Positions 28,205 through 38,613 of a stretch of 64,000 nucleotides of DNA are shown here, piece after piece. Each line of letters begins with the position of its first letter. Position 1 is the first letter of the stretch. A program made the translations under genes and the position numbers. The notes below the pieces were generated by a model. The model searched no databases. It was given only the letters and a program-made list of their open reading frames with translations, and was not told the DNA's origin. The DNA lies in assembly GCA_963662305.1 (NCBI GenBank), contig OY759351.1:960428-1024427 (forward strand), written 5' to 3'. This DNA comes from Desulfarculia bacterium. GTDB lineage: Bacteria; Desulfobacterota; Desulfarculia; G963662305.

Positions 28205-30763
28205 ATGGAGTTAGCAACTGGGAAAGAGCCGGTGCGATGGCTAAAAAGGCCCCTGCCCGTTGTTCTTGCCGCGCTCTGGGCCGGGCTCGTCCTGGGCCGG
28301 TTCCAGCCCTGGGCCTTGCCCGCCTGGTCCGCATGGGCGTTCTGGGCGGCTGCGGCCGGGGCTACCCTGGCCTGGCTGGTCCTGTTGCGGCGAAACACCC
28401 GGCCCCGCCTGGTTCTGCCCCTGACGGTTTTTGTCCTGACCGGTCTGGCCCTGATTTGGCCCTTTGAGAAACCCCTCTCCCAACTTCCCTCCGGACACCT
28501 GATCCACCTTGCCGGGCAAAAGGTGGTCATCGAAGCTATGGTGGCGGCTCAGCCCCAGAAACGGGAATGGGGAACCTATCTGACCGTCCGGGCCCGGTCG
28601 GTCCTGACCATGGATCGAGATAGGGCGGAGCGCCCGGCTTCCGGGCGGGTGCGGCTGCTTTTGGGCTCCAGGGGGGAGCCCTGGCCAAAGCTGGGCTACG
28701 GTTCCCTGATCAGGTTTCAGGCCCGGCTCAGCCCCATCCGCGACTTCGCCAACCGTCCGCCAGGCGGATACCTGTTCTCCTACCGTCGTTATCTGGCCGA
28801 CCGGGCGGTCCATCTTAGGGCTTCAATCAGCAACCCGGCCGCCCTGATGGTCCTGGGCCGCCCGGGCGGATGGGCCCTGTGGCGGCTGGTGGAAGGGTGG
28901 CGGGCCAGGGCCAGGGACCTCATTGAAAGGGCCGTGCCGCAACCTTCGGCCGGTCTTCTGGGGGCCATTCTTCTGGGCGACCGGAACGGGTTAGACAAAG
29001 ACCTGCGGGAGGCCTTCCAAAAAACCGGGACAGCCCACCTTTTGGTTGTCTCCGGGCTCCACCTGACCATGGTCGCTCTGCTGGCCGGGCTCCTCTTCCG
29101 TTTTCTGCTGACCCGCTCGGTCCGGCTCTGCCTGGGGACCAACGTGATCCTTCTGGCCCGGCTCCTGGCCCTTGGGCCGGTCCTGGGCTACGCCCTTCTC
29201 TCGGGCCTGTCCATCCCCACCTGGCGGGCCTTTGTCCTGGTGGCCACGGCCTGGGCGGCCCTGGCCCTGTGGCGGAGGATGGACGGCCCTTCGGCCCTGG
29301 CCCTGGCCGGACTGATCATCACCCTGCTCTGGCCGCCGGCCCTGTTCGACACCGGGTTCCAGCTCAGCTTCATTGCCGTGGCCGTGCTCATGTCTCTGGG
29401 GGGCGCCCTGGAAAAACGCCTGCGTTTTGATCCGGCCGGGAGGGGGAGGTTGAGCCCCTGGCGCCGGACGGCTCTGCGGGGCTTCAACTATTTGGCGGGG
29501 CTGGCCGTCTCCTCCATCCTCATGGCCGTCTTTCTGGCCCCTATTCTGGCCCTCTCCTTCGGTCGGGTGCCTCTTTTGGGGACGGCCCTGAACATGGTCC
29601 TCATCCCGCTATACACCCTCCTGGCCGTGCCCCTGGGCCTGGCCGGTCTGTTTCTGAGCCTGATCCATCCGGCCCTGGGGACCTGGCCGCTCTCCCTTGC
29701 GGCCCAGACGGCCCTGGCCGGGGCGAACCTGGTGGCCGGAGCCTCCCAGTGGGACTGGGTCAGCCTCAGAATAATGGGCTTGACCCTGACCGAAGCGGTT
29801 CTGATGTACGCGGTTCTGGGGGGCGGGGTCCTGGCTGCTTCCGGACGTACCAGCCGCCGGGGGCTTATCCTTGTGGCGGCCGGCCTCCTGGCCCTGATCG
29901 GAGACGGGGCCTGGTGGCACCACCGTAACCACGACGCCAGGATGGTGGTCGAGATCCTGGATGTGGGCCAGGGAACCTCCCTGCTGATGCGCCTGCCCGG
30001 CAGGGAAACCTGGCTCATGGACGGCGGATTCCGCTCGTCCGGGGGGTTTGATGTGGGCCGCTCGGCGGTGGCTCCGGCCCTGTGGTCCCGCAAGACGGAC
30101 CGGGTCGATACCGTGGTCCTGAGCCATCCCCATCCGGACCACTGCGGCGGACTGCCCTTTCTGGTGGAGGAATTCAACCCCCGCCGGTTTGTCCACCCCG
30201 GACACCGGGACGGTTCCCTGATGTACTCAGAATTGTTGAAGAAAATAGAGATGTCCGGTATCCCCCGCCTTTCCTTGGCCGCCCTGCACCGGGGCCTGGA
30301 TCTGGGCCCGGTTTCCATCCGGGCCCTGTGGCCGCCTCCGGATTTCGAGGGGAAGACACCCCGGCCAAAGTGGTACGGCAATCTGAACGAGACCTCCCTG
30401 GTCCTCAAGATAACCCACGGCCGGGTCCGTTTTCTGTTCACCGCCGACATCGAGTCCCGGGCCGAGGAGGCCTTGTGCCGGCTCCACGACCAGGGGACCG
30501 TGGATCTTTCCGCCGAGATTCTCTATCTGCCCCACCACGGCAGCAGCACCTCCAGCGGCCCGGATTTCCTGGAAAGGGTTGGGCCGGAGCTGGCCCTGGC
30601 CTCCTGCGGTCCTGGACCGGGCAAGTGGCCCCATCCCGAGGTTCTGGCCAGGCTGGAACAGGCCGGGGTGGAGGTTCTGGCCACCAACACATGGGGCGGC
30701 CTGACCGTATCCTCCTCCGGGACCGGGTATGAAGTCCGGACCGGGCTGAGCCGAAGCCGTTAA
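28205..30763 (+). CDS. comEC: DNA internalisation competence protein ComEC/Rec2 with C-terminal MBL domain
   Basis: Many transmembrane segments; LLGDRNGLDKDLREAFQKTGTAHLLVVSGLHL competence motif; C-terminal HPHPDHCGG metallo-beta-lactamase motif. Confidence 0.8.
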   Translation: MELATGKEPVRWLKRPLPVVLAALWAGLVLGRFQPWALPAWSAWAFWAAAAGATLAWLVLLRRNTRPRLVLPLTVFVLTGLALIWPFEKPLSQLPSGHLIHLAGQKVVIEAMVAAQPQKREWGTYLTVRARSVLTMDRDRAERPASGRVRLLLGSRGEPWPKLGYGSLIRFQARLSPIRDFANRPPGGYLFSYRRYLADRAVHLRASISNPAALMVLGRPGGWALWRLVEGWRARARDLIERAVPQPSAGLLGAILLGDRNGLDKDLREAFQKTGTAHLLVVSGLHLTMVALLAGLLFRFLLTRSVRLCLGTNVILLARLLALGPVLGYALLSGLSIPTWRAFVLVATAWAALALWRRMDGPSALALAGLIITLLWPPALFDTGFQLSFIAVAVLMSLGGALEKRLRFDPAGRGRLSPWRRTALRGFNYLAGLAVSSILMAVFLAPILALSFGRVPLLGTALNMVLIPLYTLLAVPLGLAGLFLSLIHPALGTWPLSLAAQTALAGANLVAGASQWDWVSLRIMGLTLTEAVLMYAVLGGGVLAASGRTSRRGLILVAAGLLALIGDGAWWHHRNHDARMVVEILDVGQGTSLLMRLPGRETWLMDGGFRSSGGFDVGRSAVAPALWSRKTDRVDTVVLSHPHPDHCGGLPFLVEEFNPRRFVHPGHRDGSLMYSELLKKIEMSGIPRLSLAALHRGLDLGPVSIRALWPPPDFEGKTPRPKWYGNLNETSLVLKITHGRVRFLFTADIESRAEEALCRLHDQGTVDLSAEILYLPHHGSSTSSGPDFLERVGPELALASCGPGPGKWPHPEVLARLEQAGVEVLATNTWGGLTVSSSGTGYEVRTGLSRSR

Positions 30764-30964
30764 CCGGACCCGCACATAACCCCCCGGAGGCCGGGAAACG
30801 GTCTGTTTCTCCTTGCCGTTAAGGTCTTCCTGTGGTACATAGCCACCTTACAAGAACACACGCGTCTCGGCCGATTGTCGTGTGTCCCTGGTCGTATGTG
30901 CTGCGGCCGGGGATTTCCCTTCTGGGACGGGGACGCGGAGGTTTAACACGAAAGGAGAATTTCT

Positions 30965-31870
30965 TTGTTTCAGATCAGCATGAAGAGCCTTTTGGAAGCC
31001 GGGGTCCATTTCGGACACCAGACCCGCCGCTGGAATCCCAAGATGAAACCCTATATCTTCGGGGCCCGCAACGGTATTTACATCATCGACCTCCAAAAGA
31101 GCGTGGGCCTTTTTAAGACCGCCTACGATTTCATCGTGGAGACCGTGGCCCAGGGCCACGGGGTCATCTTTGTGGGCACCAAGAAACAGGCCCGGGAGGC
31201 CATCATCGAAGAGAGCCAGAGGGCCGGTCAGTACTGCGTCTTTCACCGCTGGCTGGGCGGGATGCTGACCAACTTCAAGACCATCAAGAAATCCATCAGC
31301 CGCCTCAAGGAGTTGGAGGAGCTGCGGGACACCGGAGCTCTGGAGCAGCGGGTCAAGAAAGAGCAGCTCTCCCTGATGCGGGAGCTGTCCAAGATCGAGC
31401 GCAACCTGGGCGGCATCAAGGACATGACCAAGCTGCCCGGGGCCATCTTCGTGGTGGATCCCAAGCGGGAGAAGATCGCCGTGGCCGAGGCCAACCGGCT
31501 CAAGATTCCGGTGGTGGCCATCGTCGACACCAATTGCGATCCGGACGATATCGATTACCTGATTCCGGGTAACGACGACGCCATTCGGGCCATCCGCCTG
31601 ATTACGGCCAAGATCGCCGAGGCCTGCATGGAGGGCCGGGACCTCCGGGAAAAACGGATGATGACCCAGAAAGAGGGCGAGGCCGTGGTCGACTCCGCCT
31701 CCCCGGCCGAGACCGCCAAGGCCGAAGAGGGAGAGAGCGTCATCACCACGGCCGACGGCCAGGAGGTCGCCGTGGACCGCAAGGAAAGGCCCCAGGCCGA
31801 GCCCAAGCCGGAGACGATAGAGGCTGCCAAGGCCGAACTGGAACAGACAGAGGAAAAGGCTTCGGAGTAA
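30965..31870 (+). CDS. rpsB: 30S ribosomal protein S2
   Basis: [24 protein letters not shown]; TTG start 9 nt after AGGAG. Confidence 0.9.
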   Translation: MFQISMKSLLEAGVHFGHQTRRWNPKMKPYIFGARNGIYIIDLQKSVGLFKTAYDFIVETVAQGHGVIFVGTKKQAREAIIEESQRAGQYCVFHRWLGGMLTNFKTIKKSISRLKELEELRDTGALEQRVKKEQLSLMRELSKIERNLGGIKDMTKLPGAIFVVDPKREKIAVAEANRLKIPVVAIVDTNCDPDDIDYLIPGNDDAIRAIRLITAKIAEACMEGRDLREKRMMTQKEGEAVVDSASPAETAKAEEGESVITTADGQEVAVDRKERPQAEPKPETIEAAKAELEQTEEKASE

Positions 31871-31901
31871 ACTCGAGCGGCCTTATTAAGGAGTTAGGAA
31901 A

Positions 31902-32504
31902 GTGGATATCACTGCAGCGATGGTCAAGGAACTCCGGGAGAAGACCGGGGCCGGGATGATGGATTGTAAAAAAGCGTTGACCGAATCCGGCGGGGACATG
32001 TCGGCGGCCAACGACTATCTCCGCAAAAAGGGTCTGGCCACGGCCAAGAAAAGGGCCGGCAAAGAATCCAAGATGGGCCAGGTCGGCTCCTATATCCACG
32101 CCGGGGGCAAGATCGGGGTGTTGGTGGAGATCAACTGCGAGACCGATTTCGTGGGCAAGACCGAGGAATACTCCGAGTTCGTCAAGAACGTGGCGATGCA
32201 TATCGCCGCCGCCGCCCCCATCGCAGTGAAGAAAGAAGAGATCGACCCGGAGGTGGTGGAAAAGGAGAAGACCATCTACCGCGAGAAGGCCCTGGCCGAG
32301 GGCAAGCCGGAGAAAGTTCTGGACCGGATCGTGGAGGGCCAACTCAAAAAGTTCTTTTCCGAGAGCTGCCTCCTGGAGCAGCCCTACGTCAAGGATCCGG
32401 ACATGACCATCGCCGACTACCTCAACCAGACCATCGCCAAGACCGGCGAATCCATGGAGATCCGCCGCTTCTGCCGCTACGTCTTGGGCGAAGAGCTGGA
32501 TTGA
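31902..32504 (+). CDS. tsf: elongation factor Ts (short form)
   Basis: ITAAMVKELREKTGAGMMDCKKAL UBA-like N-terminus; GTG start. Confidence 0.9.
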   Translation: MDITAAMVKELREKTGAGMMDCKKALTESGGDMSAANDYLRKKGLATAKKRAGKESKMGQVGSYIHAGGKIGVLVEINCETDFVGKTEEYSEFVKNVAMHIAAAAPIAVKKEEIDPEVVEKEKTIYREKALAEGKPEKVLDRIVEGQLKKFFSESCLLEQPYVKDPDMTIADYLNQTIAKTGESMEIRRFCRYVLGEELD

Positions 32505-32511
32505 GGGCCGG

Positions 32512-33234
32512 ATGAGCCGGCTGCTGCCATACAACAGAGTCCTCCTCAAGCTCTCCGGCGAGGCCTTGATGGGGGATAAAGCATTCGGCCTGGACGGCGA
32601 CGTGGTGGACGAGGTCGCCCAGGAGATAGGCCAGGCCCACGAGACCGGGGTGCAGATCGCGGTGGTCGTGGGCGGCGGCAACATCTTCAGGGGCGTCTCG
32701 GCCGCTGCCCGGGGAATGGACCGGGTCAAGGCCGACCACATGGGCATGCTGGCCACGGTCATCAACGCCCTGGCCCTCAAGGAGGCCCTGGACGGCCGGG
32801 GCGTTCCGGCCAGGGTTATGAGCGCGGTGGGCATGGAGCCCATCGCCCAGCCCTTTAACCGGACCGACGCCCTGGAGCTGCTGGACAACGGCCGGGTGGT
32901 GGTCCTGGGGGCCGGCACCGGGCTGCCCTATTTCACCACCGACACGGCGGCCGCGCTGCGGGCCGTGGAGATCAAGGCCCAGGTTCTTATGAAGGCCACC
33001 AAGGTGGACGGGGTATACGATTCTGATCCGGTCAAGAACCCGGAGGCCAAACGTTTCGACCGGCTGGATTACGATGACGTGATCATCAACAATCTCCGGG
33101 TCATGGATCAGACCGCCGTGGCCTTCTGCCGGGAGTCGAGGTTGCCCATATACGTCTTCAAGCTGACTCGGGGCGGTCTTAAATCGGCTCTTGCCGGCCG
33201 GGGGCTGGGAACCCTGGTCGGAGACGCCGAATAA
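32512..33234 (+). CDS. pyrH: UMP kinase
   Basis: RVLLKLSGEAL...VVVGGGNIFRG motifs. Confidence 0.9.
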   Translation: MSRLLPYNRVLLKLSGEALMGDKAFGLDGDVVDEVAQEIGQAHETGVQIAVVVGGGNIFRGVSAAARGMDRVKADHMGMLATVINALALKEALDGRGVPARVMSAVGMEPIAQPFNRTDALELLDNGRVVVLGAGTGLPYFTTDTAAALRAVEIKAQVLMKATKVDGVYDSDPVKNPEAKRFDRLDYDDVIINNLRVMDQTAVAFCRESRLPIYVFKLTRGGLKSALAGRGLGTLVGDAE

Positions 33235-33245
33235 GGAGAGGTACA

Positions 33246-33803
33246 ATGACCGACGAGGTATTCGCCGACCTGAAGGAGTCCATGGAAAAATCCCTGGCCA
33301 ACCTGGAACGGGAGTTCAAAAGGGTCAGAACCGGGCGAGCCTCGACCGCCCTGCTGGACGGGATAACGGTGGAGGCCTACGGCGCGGCCTCGCCCCTCAA
33401 CCAGGTGGCCTCCCTGTCCGCCCCCGAACCCAGGCTGCTGTTGATCCAGCCCTGGGACAAGTCCGTTATCGGCGATCTCGAAAAGGCGATCCTTAAGTCG
33501 GAACTGGGGTTGACCCCCATGAACGACGGCAAGATAATCCGCATCTCCATCCCCCCGCTCTCGGAGGAGAGGCGGGTGGAGCTGGTCAAGGTCACCAAAA
33601 AGATGGCCGAAGAGGCCAAGATCGCCATGCGCAACGCCCGCCGCTCGGCCAACGAGATGCTCAAGGAGTTCAAGACCGAAAAAGAGATCTCCGAGGACGA
33701 GATGTACAAGGCCACCGACGAAGTCCAGAAATTGACCGACAAGTACACCGCCAAGGCGGACGACGTGGCTGCGGCCAAGGAGAAGGAGATAATGGAGTTT
33801 TAA
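33246..33803 (+). CDS. frr: ribosome recycling factor
   Basis: Length and conserved RVRTGRA...IPPLSEERR motifs. Confidence 0.9.
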   Translation: MTDEVFADLKESMEKSLANLEREFKRVRTGRASTALLDGITVEAYGAASPLNQVASLSAPEPRLLLIQPWDKSVIGDLEKAILKSELGLTPMNDGKIIRISIPPLSEERRVELVKVTKKMAEEAKIAMRNARRSANEMLKEFKTEKEISEDEMYKATDEVQKLTDKYTAKADDVAAAKEKEIMEF

Positions 33804-33824
33804 TACTCCGGCCTCCGTTTTACC

Positions 33825-34592
33825 ATGCCCAAACCACCCTGGGCCGCCAAATGGCCCGAACTTCGCGGGGAGTCCTTGCCCCGGCATCTGGCCGTCATCA
33901 TGGACGGCAACGGCAGATGGGCCACGGCCAGGGGCAAGAGCCGCATAAACGGCCACCGCGAAGCGGCAGAAAGCGTCCGGACCCTGGCCCGAACCTGCCA
34001 CGAACTGGGTGTTCCGGCGGTCACCCTCTACGCCTTTTCCACCGAAAACTGGGGCCGCCCCAAAACCGAGGTCAGCGGCCTGATGGAGCTTTTGAAGAGG
34101 TTTCTCAAAAGCGAGTTGGATGAGTTTCTGGATAAGGGAATCCGGTTGACCACCATCGGGCAGACCGAGCGGCTGCCCAAGGGGGTGCGCAAGGCTCTTC
34201 TGGAGTTCATGGACAGGACCTCCGGCGGACAGAGCATGGTCTGCAACCTGGCCCTGTCCTACGGCTCCCGGGACGAGATTGCCCGGGCCGCCCGGGAGAT
34301 CGCCCGCAAATGCCGCGAGGGCGAACTGGAGCCCGAGGAGATCGACGAGGACCTGTTCTCCGCCCATCTCCAGACCGCCGGGCTGCCCGAGGTCGATCTG
34401 GTGATCAGAACCTCCGGCGAGGTCCGCCTCTCCAACTTCCTGTTGTGGCAGGTGGCCTACGCCGAGATGATCTTCACCCCCACCCTTTTCCCCGACTTCC
34501 GCGAAAAGGAACTCGTCTCCTGCCTGGTCGAGTACCAACAGAGGAACCGCCGTTTCGGCTTGGTCCCCGGTGGGGCCGAAGACAAGACGTAA
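33825..34592 (+). CDS. uppS: isoprenyl transferase (undecaprenyl-diphosphate synthase)
   Basis: HLAVIMDGNGRWA motif and ...RTSGE.RLSNFLLWQ.AYAE motif. Confidence 0.85.
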   Translation: MPKPPWAAKWPELRGESLPRHLAVIMDGNGRWATARGKSRINGHREAAESVRTLARTCHELGVPAVTLYAFSTENWGRPKTEVSGLMELLKRFLKSELDEFLDKGIRLTTIGQTERLPKGVRKALLEFMDRTSGGQSMVCNLALSYGSRDEIARAAREIARKCREGELEPEEIDEDLFSAHLQTAGLPEVDLVIRTSGEVRLSNFLLWQVAYAEMIFTPTLFPDFREKELVSCLVEYQQRNRRFGLVPGGAEDKT

Positions 34593-35395
34593 TGCTCAGA
34601 CAACGGGTCTTAACCGCCTTGGTCGGACTGCCCCTGCTGCTGGGGCTGGTCATCTTCGGTCCGGCCTGGAGCGTGGTTCTGGTCCTGGCCCTCCTGGCTG
34701 CTTTGGCTTGGCTGGAATACGGCCGGATCGTGGGAAGGCTTCATCCTTTGTTTCTGGTCCCCGGTCTCCTGTGCGGGCTGGGCTTCATTCTCTTCACCTG
34801 GCTGGGGTGGTATCCCTGGACCGTCTTTGTCTTTGCCGGAGGGTTGACCCTCTTCGCCTTAACGGCGGTGACCCTCCACTCCCGGAACCCGGGGATCTGG
34901 TCCCAGGTGGAGCACTCCTGGCTGGGTCTGGCCCTGGTCTTCATCCCCCTGGGGGCCATGTCCGCCATGGCCACGGAAGGCTTTACCGGGCGGCTCTATC
35001 TCCTCTTTCTGCTGGCAGCCATCTTCGCCGGCGACACCGGGGCCTATTTTGCGGGCCGGGCCTGGGGCAAAAAAAAGCTTTGCCCCACCATCTCCCCCAA
35101 TAAGACCTGGGCCGGGTTGTGGGGCGGCCTTCTGGGCGGAGCCCTGGTGGGCCTGGGCGGCGGCATCCTGGACGGAGACCCCCCGGACCTCCTCATCGGC
35201 CCGGCCCTGGGCCTGGGCGCGGCCGGGCTGGGGGTGATCGGGGATCTGATGGTCTCCATGATCAAACGGCACTACAAAGTCAAGGACTCTGGGTCCCTCC
35301 TGCCGGGTCACGGCGGGGTGCTGGACCGTTTGGACAGCTTTATCCTGGCCGGGCCCTGGCTTTATCTGATCTGGCGGATCTGGGGACAGGTGTGA
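34592..35395 (+). CDS. cdsA: phosphatidate cytidylyltransferase
   Basis: Multi-transmembrane protein with KRHYKVKDSGSLLPGHGGVLDRLDS C-terminal signature; TAATG overlap with uppS. Confidence 0.8.
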   Translation: MLRQRVLTALVGLPLLLGLVIFGPAWSVVLVLALLAALAWLEYGRIVGRLHPLFLVPGLLCGLGFILFTWLGWYPWTVFVFAGGLTLFALTAVTLHSRNPGIWSQVEHSWLGLALVFIPLGAMSAMATEGFTGRLYLLFLLAAIFAGDTGAYFAGRAWGKKKLCPTISPNKTWAGLWGGLLGGALVGLGGGILDGDPPDLLIGPALGLGAAGLGVIGDLMVSMIKRHYKVKDSGSLLPGHGGVLDRLDSFILAGPWLYLIWRIWGQV

Positions 35396-36546
35396 ACAAC
35401 GGACCGAAAAAACTGGCCGTCCTGGGCTCCACCGGGGTGATCGGGCGCTACGCCCTGGAGATAGCCGAGCGCTTTCCGGAAAGGTTCCGGGTGGTGGGCC
35501 TGGCCGCGGGCAGCAATGCGCGGCTACTGGAAGCCCAGATCGAAAGGTTCAAGCCCCGGCTGGCCTCCCTGGGCAACGGGGCCGGAGCGGGGCTTTCCCG
35601 GTCCTCCACCACTCTGCTCAGCGGTCCGGAGGGGCTGGACCAGGTGGCCCGCATGGAGGAGGCCGACCTGGTGGTCTCGGCCGTGGTGGGGTTCGCCGGG
35701 CTGGCTCCCACCCTGGCCGCCCTGGCCGCCGGAAAACAGGTAGCCCTGGCCAACAAGGAATGCCTGGTGGCCGGGGGCGCCCTGGTCATGGCCGCGGCCC
35801 GGCGGGCCGGGACCGTGATCCTGCCCATCGATTCGGAGATATCGGCCATCTTCCAGTCCCTGGCCGGGCACAACAGGGAGGACCTGCGGCGGATTATCCT
35901 GACCGCCTCGGGCGGGCCTTTCCGGGAGATGGACCCGGCCGGGCTGGAGAGGGTCACCGCAGCCCAGGCCCTGGCCCATCCCAACTGGGACATGGGACCC
36001 AAGATCACCATTGATTCCGCCACCCTGATGAACAAGGGCCTGGAGGCCATCGAAGCCTCCTGGCTGTTCGGCCTGAGCCCGGAGAATATCTCCATCCATG
36101 TCCACCCCACCTCCGTTGTCCACTCCGCGGTGGAGTATGTGGACGGTTCCGTGGTGGCCCAGCTGGCCGTGCCGGACATGCGATTGCCCATCGCCTACGC
36201 CCTGGCCTATCCCCAGCGGCTTAAACTGGACGACCCGGCGCCCCTGGATCTTTTCGCGGCCCGGCCTCTAAGCTTTGAGCGGCCTGATCTGAAGCGTTTT
36301 CCCTGCCTGGCCCTGGCCCTGGAGGCGGGCCGGACCGGCCGCAGCGCTCCGGTGGTCCTGGGTGCGGCCGACGAGGTGGCGGTGGAGGCCTTCCTGAAAA
36401 ACAGGATCGGATTCATGGACATCTCCAGGGTGGTGGAGAAGACCCTGGAGGCTCACCAGCTGGTGGACCTCCCTGACCTGGAGACCATTCTGGAAGTGGA
36501 CCGGAGAGCCCGAGCCAAGGCCGCCGAAATAGTGTATGATGGTTAA
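35392..36546 (+). CDS. dxr: 1-deoxy-D-xylulose 5-phosphate reductoisomerase
   Basis: KLAVLGSTGVIG N-terminus and NKGLE motif; GTG start overlaps the cdsA stop (GTGTGA). Confidence 0.85.
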   Translation: MNNGPKKLAVLGSTGVIGRYALEIAERFPERFRVVGLAAGSNARLLEAQIERFKPRLASLGNGAGAGLSRSSTTLLSGPEGLDQVARMEEADLVVSAVVGFAGLAPTLAALAAGKQVALANKECLVAGGALVMAAARRAGTVILPIDSEISAIFQSLAGHNREDLRRIILTASGGPFREMDPAGLERVTAAQALAHPNWDMGPKITIDSATLMNKGLEAIEASWLFGLSPENISIHVHPTSVVHSAVEYVDGSVVAQLAVPDMRLPIAYALAYPQRLKLDDPAPLDLFAARPLSFERPDLKRFPCLALALEAGRTGRSAPVVLGAADEVAVEAFLKNRIGFMDISRVVEKTLEAHQLVDLPDLETILEVDRRARAKAAEIVYDG

Positions 36547-36634
36547 GGTTGACAAAACCCCTATCCATTAACCTCAAGGAATCCAAAACCGGAAATATGG
36601 AACATACCTATTCGATCATAAAGGAGCCGGGTTC

Positions 36635-37714
36635 ATGACCAGTCTATGGGCCGCGGCGCTTGTTCTGGGCGGCTGCGTATTTATACATGAACTGGGACAT
36701 TTTATCGCGGCCAGGCTATGCGGAGTGGAGGTCAAGGCCTTTTCCCTGGGCTTCGGACCCCGCCTGGCCGGGTTCAAACGCGGCCCCACGGACTACCGGC
36801 TGTCCCTGGTCCCTCTGGGCGGCTACGTCAAAATGGAGGGCGAATCCCTGGACGAAGAGACACCCCCTGAAAAGGAGGCGGTCTCCTTCGCCCACCAGAA
36901 GGTGGGACGGCGCCTGATCATCGTGGCCGCCGGTCCGGTGATGAACTTTGTCATGGCCGTGGTCATCTTCGGCATCGTCCTCTTCTTTTACGGCCAGCCG
37001 ACCCTTATCCCCCACGTGGGCCAGGTTCTGAAAGGTTTCCCGGCCGAGGCTGCGGGGATCAAGACAGGCGACCTGATCGTGGGCCTCAACGACCGGGAGG
37101 TTAAGACCTGGGAGGAAATGGCCGGGTTCATCAGCTCCAACGGCAGCCGGCCGGTCAAGGTCACGGTCAAGCGGGAGAAGAAGCTCCTCGACCTGACCAT
37201 GATTCCCAAGATGGGCGAATCCAGCGATATCTTCGGGGAGACGATCAATAAGCCCATGATCGGCATCTCCCCCTCGGGACAGACCATTGTTCAGTCCTTG
37301 GGACCGGGCCGGGCCCTGGTCGGCGGCTTTGTCCAGACCTGGTCCGTGGCCAAACTGACCTGGGAGACCATTGTCCGGCTGATCCAGCGGAGAATTCCCT
37401 TCTCCACCCTGGGCGGGCCCATCTTCATCGCCCAGGCCGCGGGGCAGCAGGCCAAGAGCGGGTGGGTCAATCTCTTTTTCTTCATGGGCCTCCTTTCAGT
37501 CAACCTGGGGATTCTCAACATCCTGCCCATTCCTGTCCTGGACGGGGGGCACCTCCTCTTTTTCAGCATCGAGGCCGCCTTCCGCCGTCCGGTCTCCCTC
37601 AGAATCCGGGAAAGGGCCCAGCAGGCCGGGCTGGTCTTTCTGCTGGTCTTTTTCGGGTTCGTTTTTTACAACGACATCCTCCGCCTGGTGGCCGGGCCCC
37701 TGGGAGCCCAGTAG
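36635..37714 (+). CDS. rseP: RIP metalloprotease (site-2 protease)
   Basis: HELGHF zinc motif, PDZ domain, LDGG motif. Confidence 0.85.
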   Translation: MTSLWAAALVLGGCVFIHELGHFIAARLCGVEVKAFSLGFGPRLAGFKRGPTDYRLSLVPLGGYVKMEGESLDEETPPEKEAVSFAHQKVGRRLIIVAAGPVMNFVMAVVIFGIVLFFYGQPTLIPHVGQVLKGFPAEAAGIKTGDLIVGLNDREVKTWEEMAGFISSNGSRPVKVTVKREKKLLDLTMIPKMGESSDIFGETINKPMIGISPSGQTIVQSLGPGRALVGGFVQTWSVAKLTWETIVRLIQRRIPFSTLGGPIFIAQAAGQQAKSGWVNLFFFMGLLSVNLGILNILPIPVLDGGHLLFFSIEAAFRRPVSLRIRERAQQAGLVFLLVFFGFVFYNDILRLVAGPLGAQ

Positions 37715-37722
37715 GTAAGGGG

Positions 37723-38454
37723 ATGCTCTGTCTAGGAATCGAGACCGCCTCCCTCAGCCCGGGCCTGGGCCTGGCCGGGGAGAAGGGCATTATCCTGGAA
37801 AGAACCGATTTCAGGCCCAACTCCAAGGCTCAGGCCATCTTTGTCCATCTCAATGACCTGATCTCCCAAGGCGACCTGGCCCTGGCCGACCTGGATCTCA
37901 TCGCCGTGACTTCCGGCCCCGGCTCCTTTACCGGGCTGAAGGTGGGCCTGGCCGCGGCCAAGGGGCTGGCTTTGGCCCTGAATCTGAAATGCGTGGGGGT
38001 CTCTTCCCTGGAGGCTCTGGCCCGCAACTGCGGGGCGACGGCGTCGGGCCCCATCGCCGCCCTGTTCGACGCCCGGCGGGGGCTGATTTATGCCGCGCTG
38101 TTCAGGCCAGGGCCGAATGGCGGGCTGGTCAGGCTGAGCCCGGACCGGGCCCTGACTCCGGAAGATTGGGCCCAGGAACTTGCCCCGTACGAAGGGGAGG
38201 ACAAACTCACTCTGGTGGGACGGGGGCTGGCCTCCTACGGAGACTTCCTCCTGGGTCGCCTGGGCTCCAGGGCTGTTTTGGCCCCCGAGGAGCAGTGGTC
38301 CATCCGGCCCGGGGTGGTGGCTCTGATGGGCCTGGAGCAGGCCCGGACCGGCCGGCCGGTCTCCCCTCAGGCTTTGAAGGCCGCCTATCTTCGGCCCGTG
38401 GACGCCGTCCGCCCCAAGAGGCCGCTGCTCAACCTGGACCGCCTGCCCGGTTAA
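37723..38454 (+). CDS. tsaB: tRNA threonylcarbamoyladenosine biosynthesis protein TsaB (YeaZ)
   Basis: MLCLGIETAS...VTSGPGSFTGLKVG motif. ATG 37723 after the GTAAGGGG ribosome-binding site. Confidence 0.75.
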   Translation: MLCLGIETASLSPGLGLAGEKGIILERTDFRPNSKAQAIFVHLNDLISQGDLALADLDLIAVTSGPGSFTGLKVGLAAAKGLALALNLKCVGVSSLEALARNCGATASGPIAALFDARRGLIYAALFRPGPNGGLVRLSPDRALTPEDWAQELAPYEGEDKLTLVGRGLASYGDFLLGRLGSRAVLAPEEQWSIRPGVVALMGLEQARTGRPVSPQALKAAYLRPVDAVRPKRPLLNLDRLPG

Positions 38455-38576
38455 ATTCGCCTCCTCCTTCCCACCCTTTCAGCGCCGTCTCCCGGCAATC
38501 ATAATTCATAACGGCCCTCAGGCCGTAGCGCGCAATTTTTGATACGCAAAAGCCGGGCTTATTAAACCCCTTCATA

Positions 38577-38605
38577 TTGACGGTTTACCGCCTCTGGGAT
38601 ATATT
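38577..38605 (+). promoter_or_regulatory. sigma70-like promoter (TTGACG, 17-nt spacer, TATATT) placing the transcript start at or near ATG 38614 (leaderless-mRNA candidate)
   Basis: TTGACG 38577-38582 and TATATT 38600-38605. There is no Shine-Dalgarno sequence before ATG 38614. Confidence 0.4.
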
Positions 38606-38613
38606 TGTTACAC

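Noticed and set aside
36547-36634. TTGACA immediately after the dxr stop as the rseP promoter
   Set aside because: No acceptable -10 hexamer lies at 16-18 nt spacing, and rseP is likely co-transcribed with the upstream cluster.
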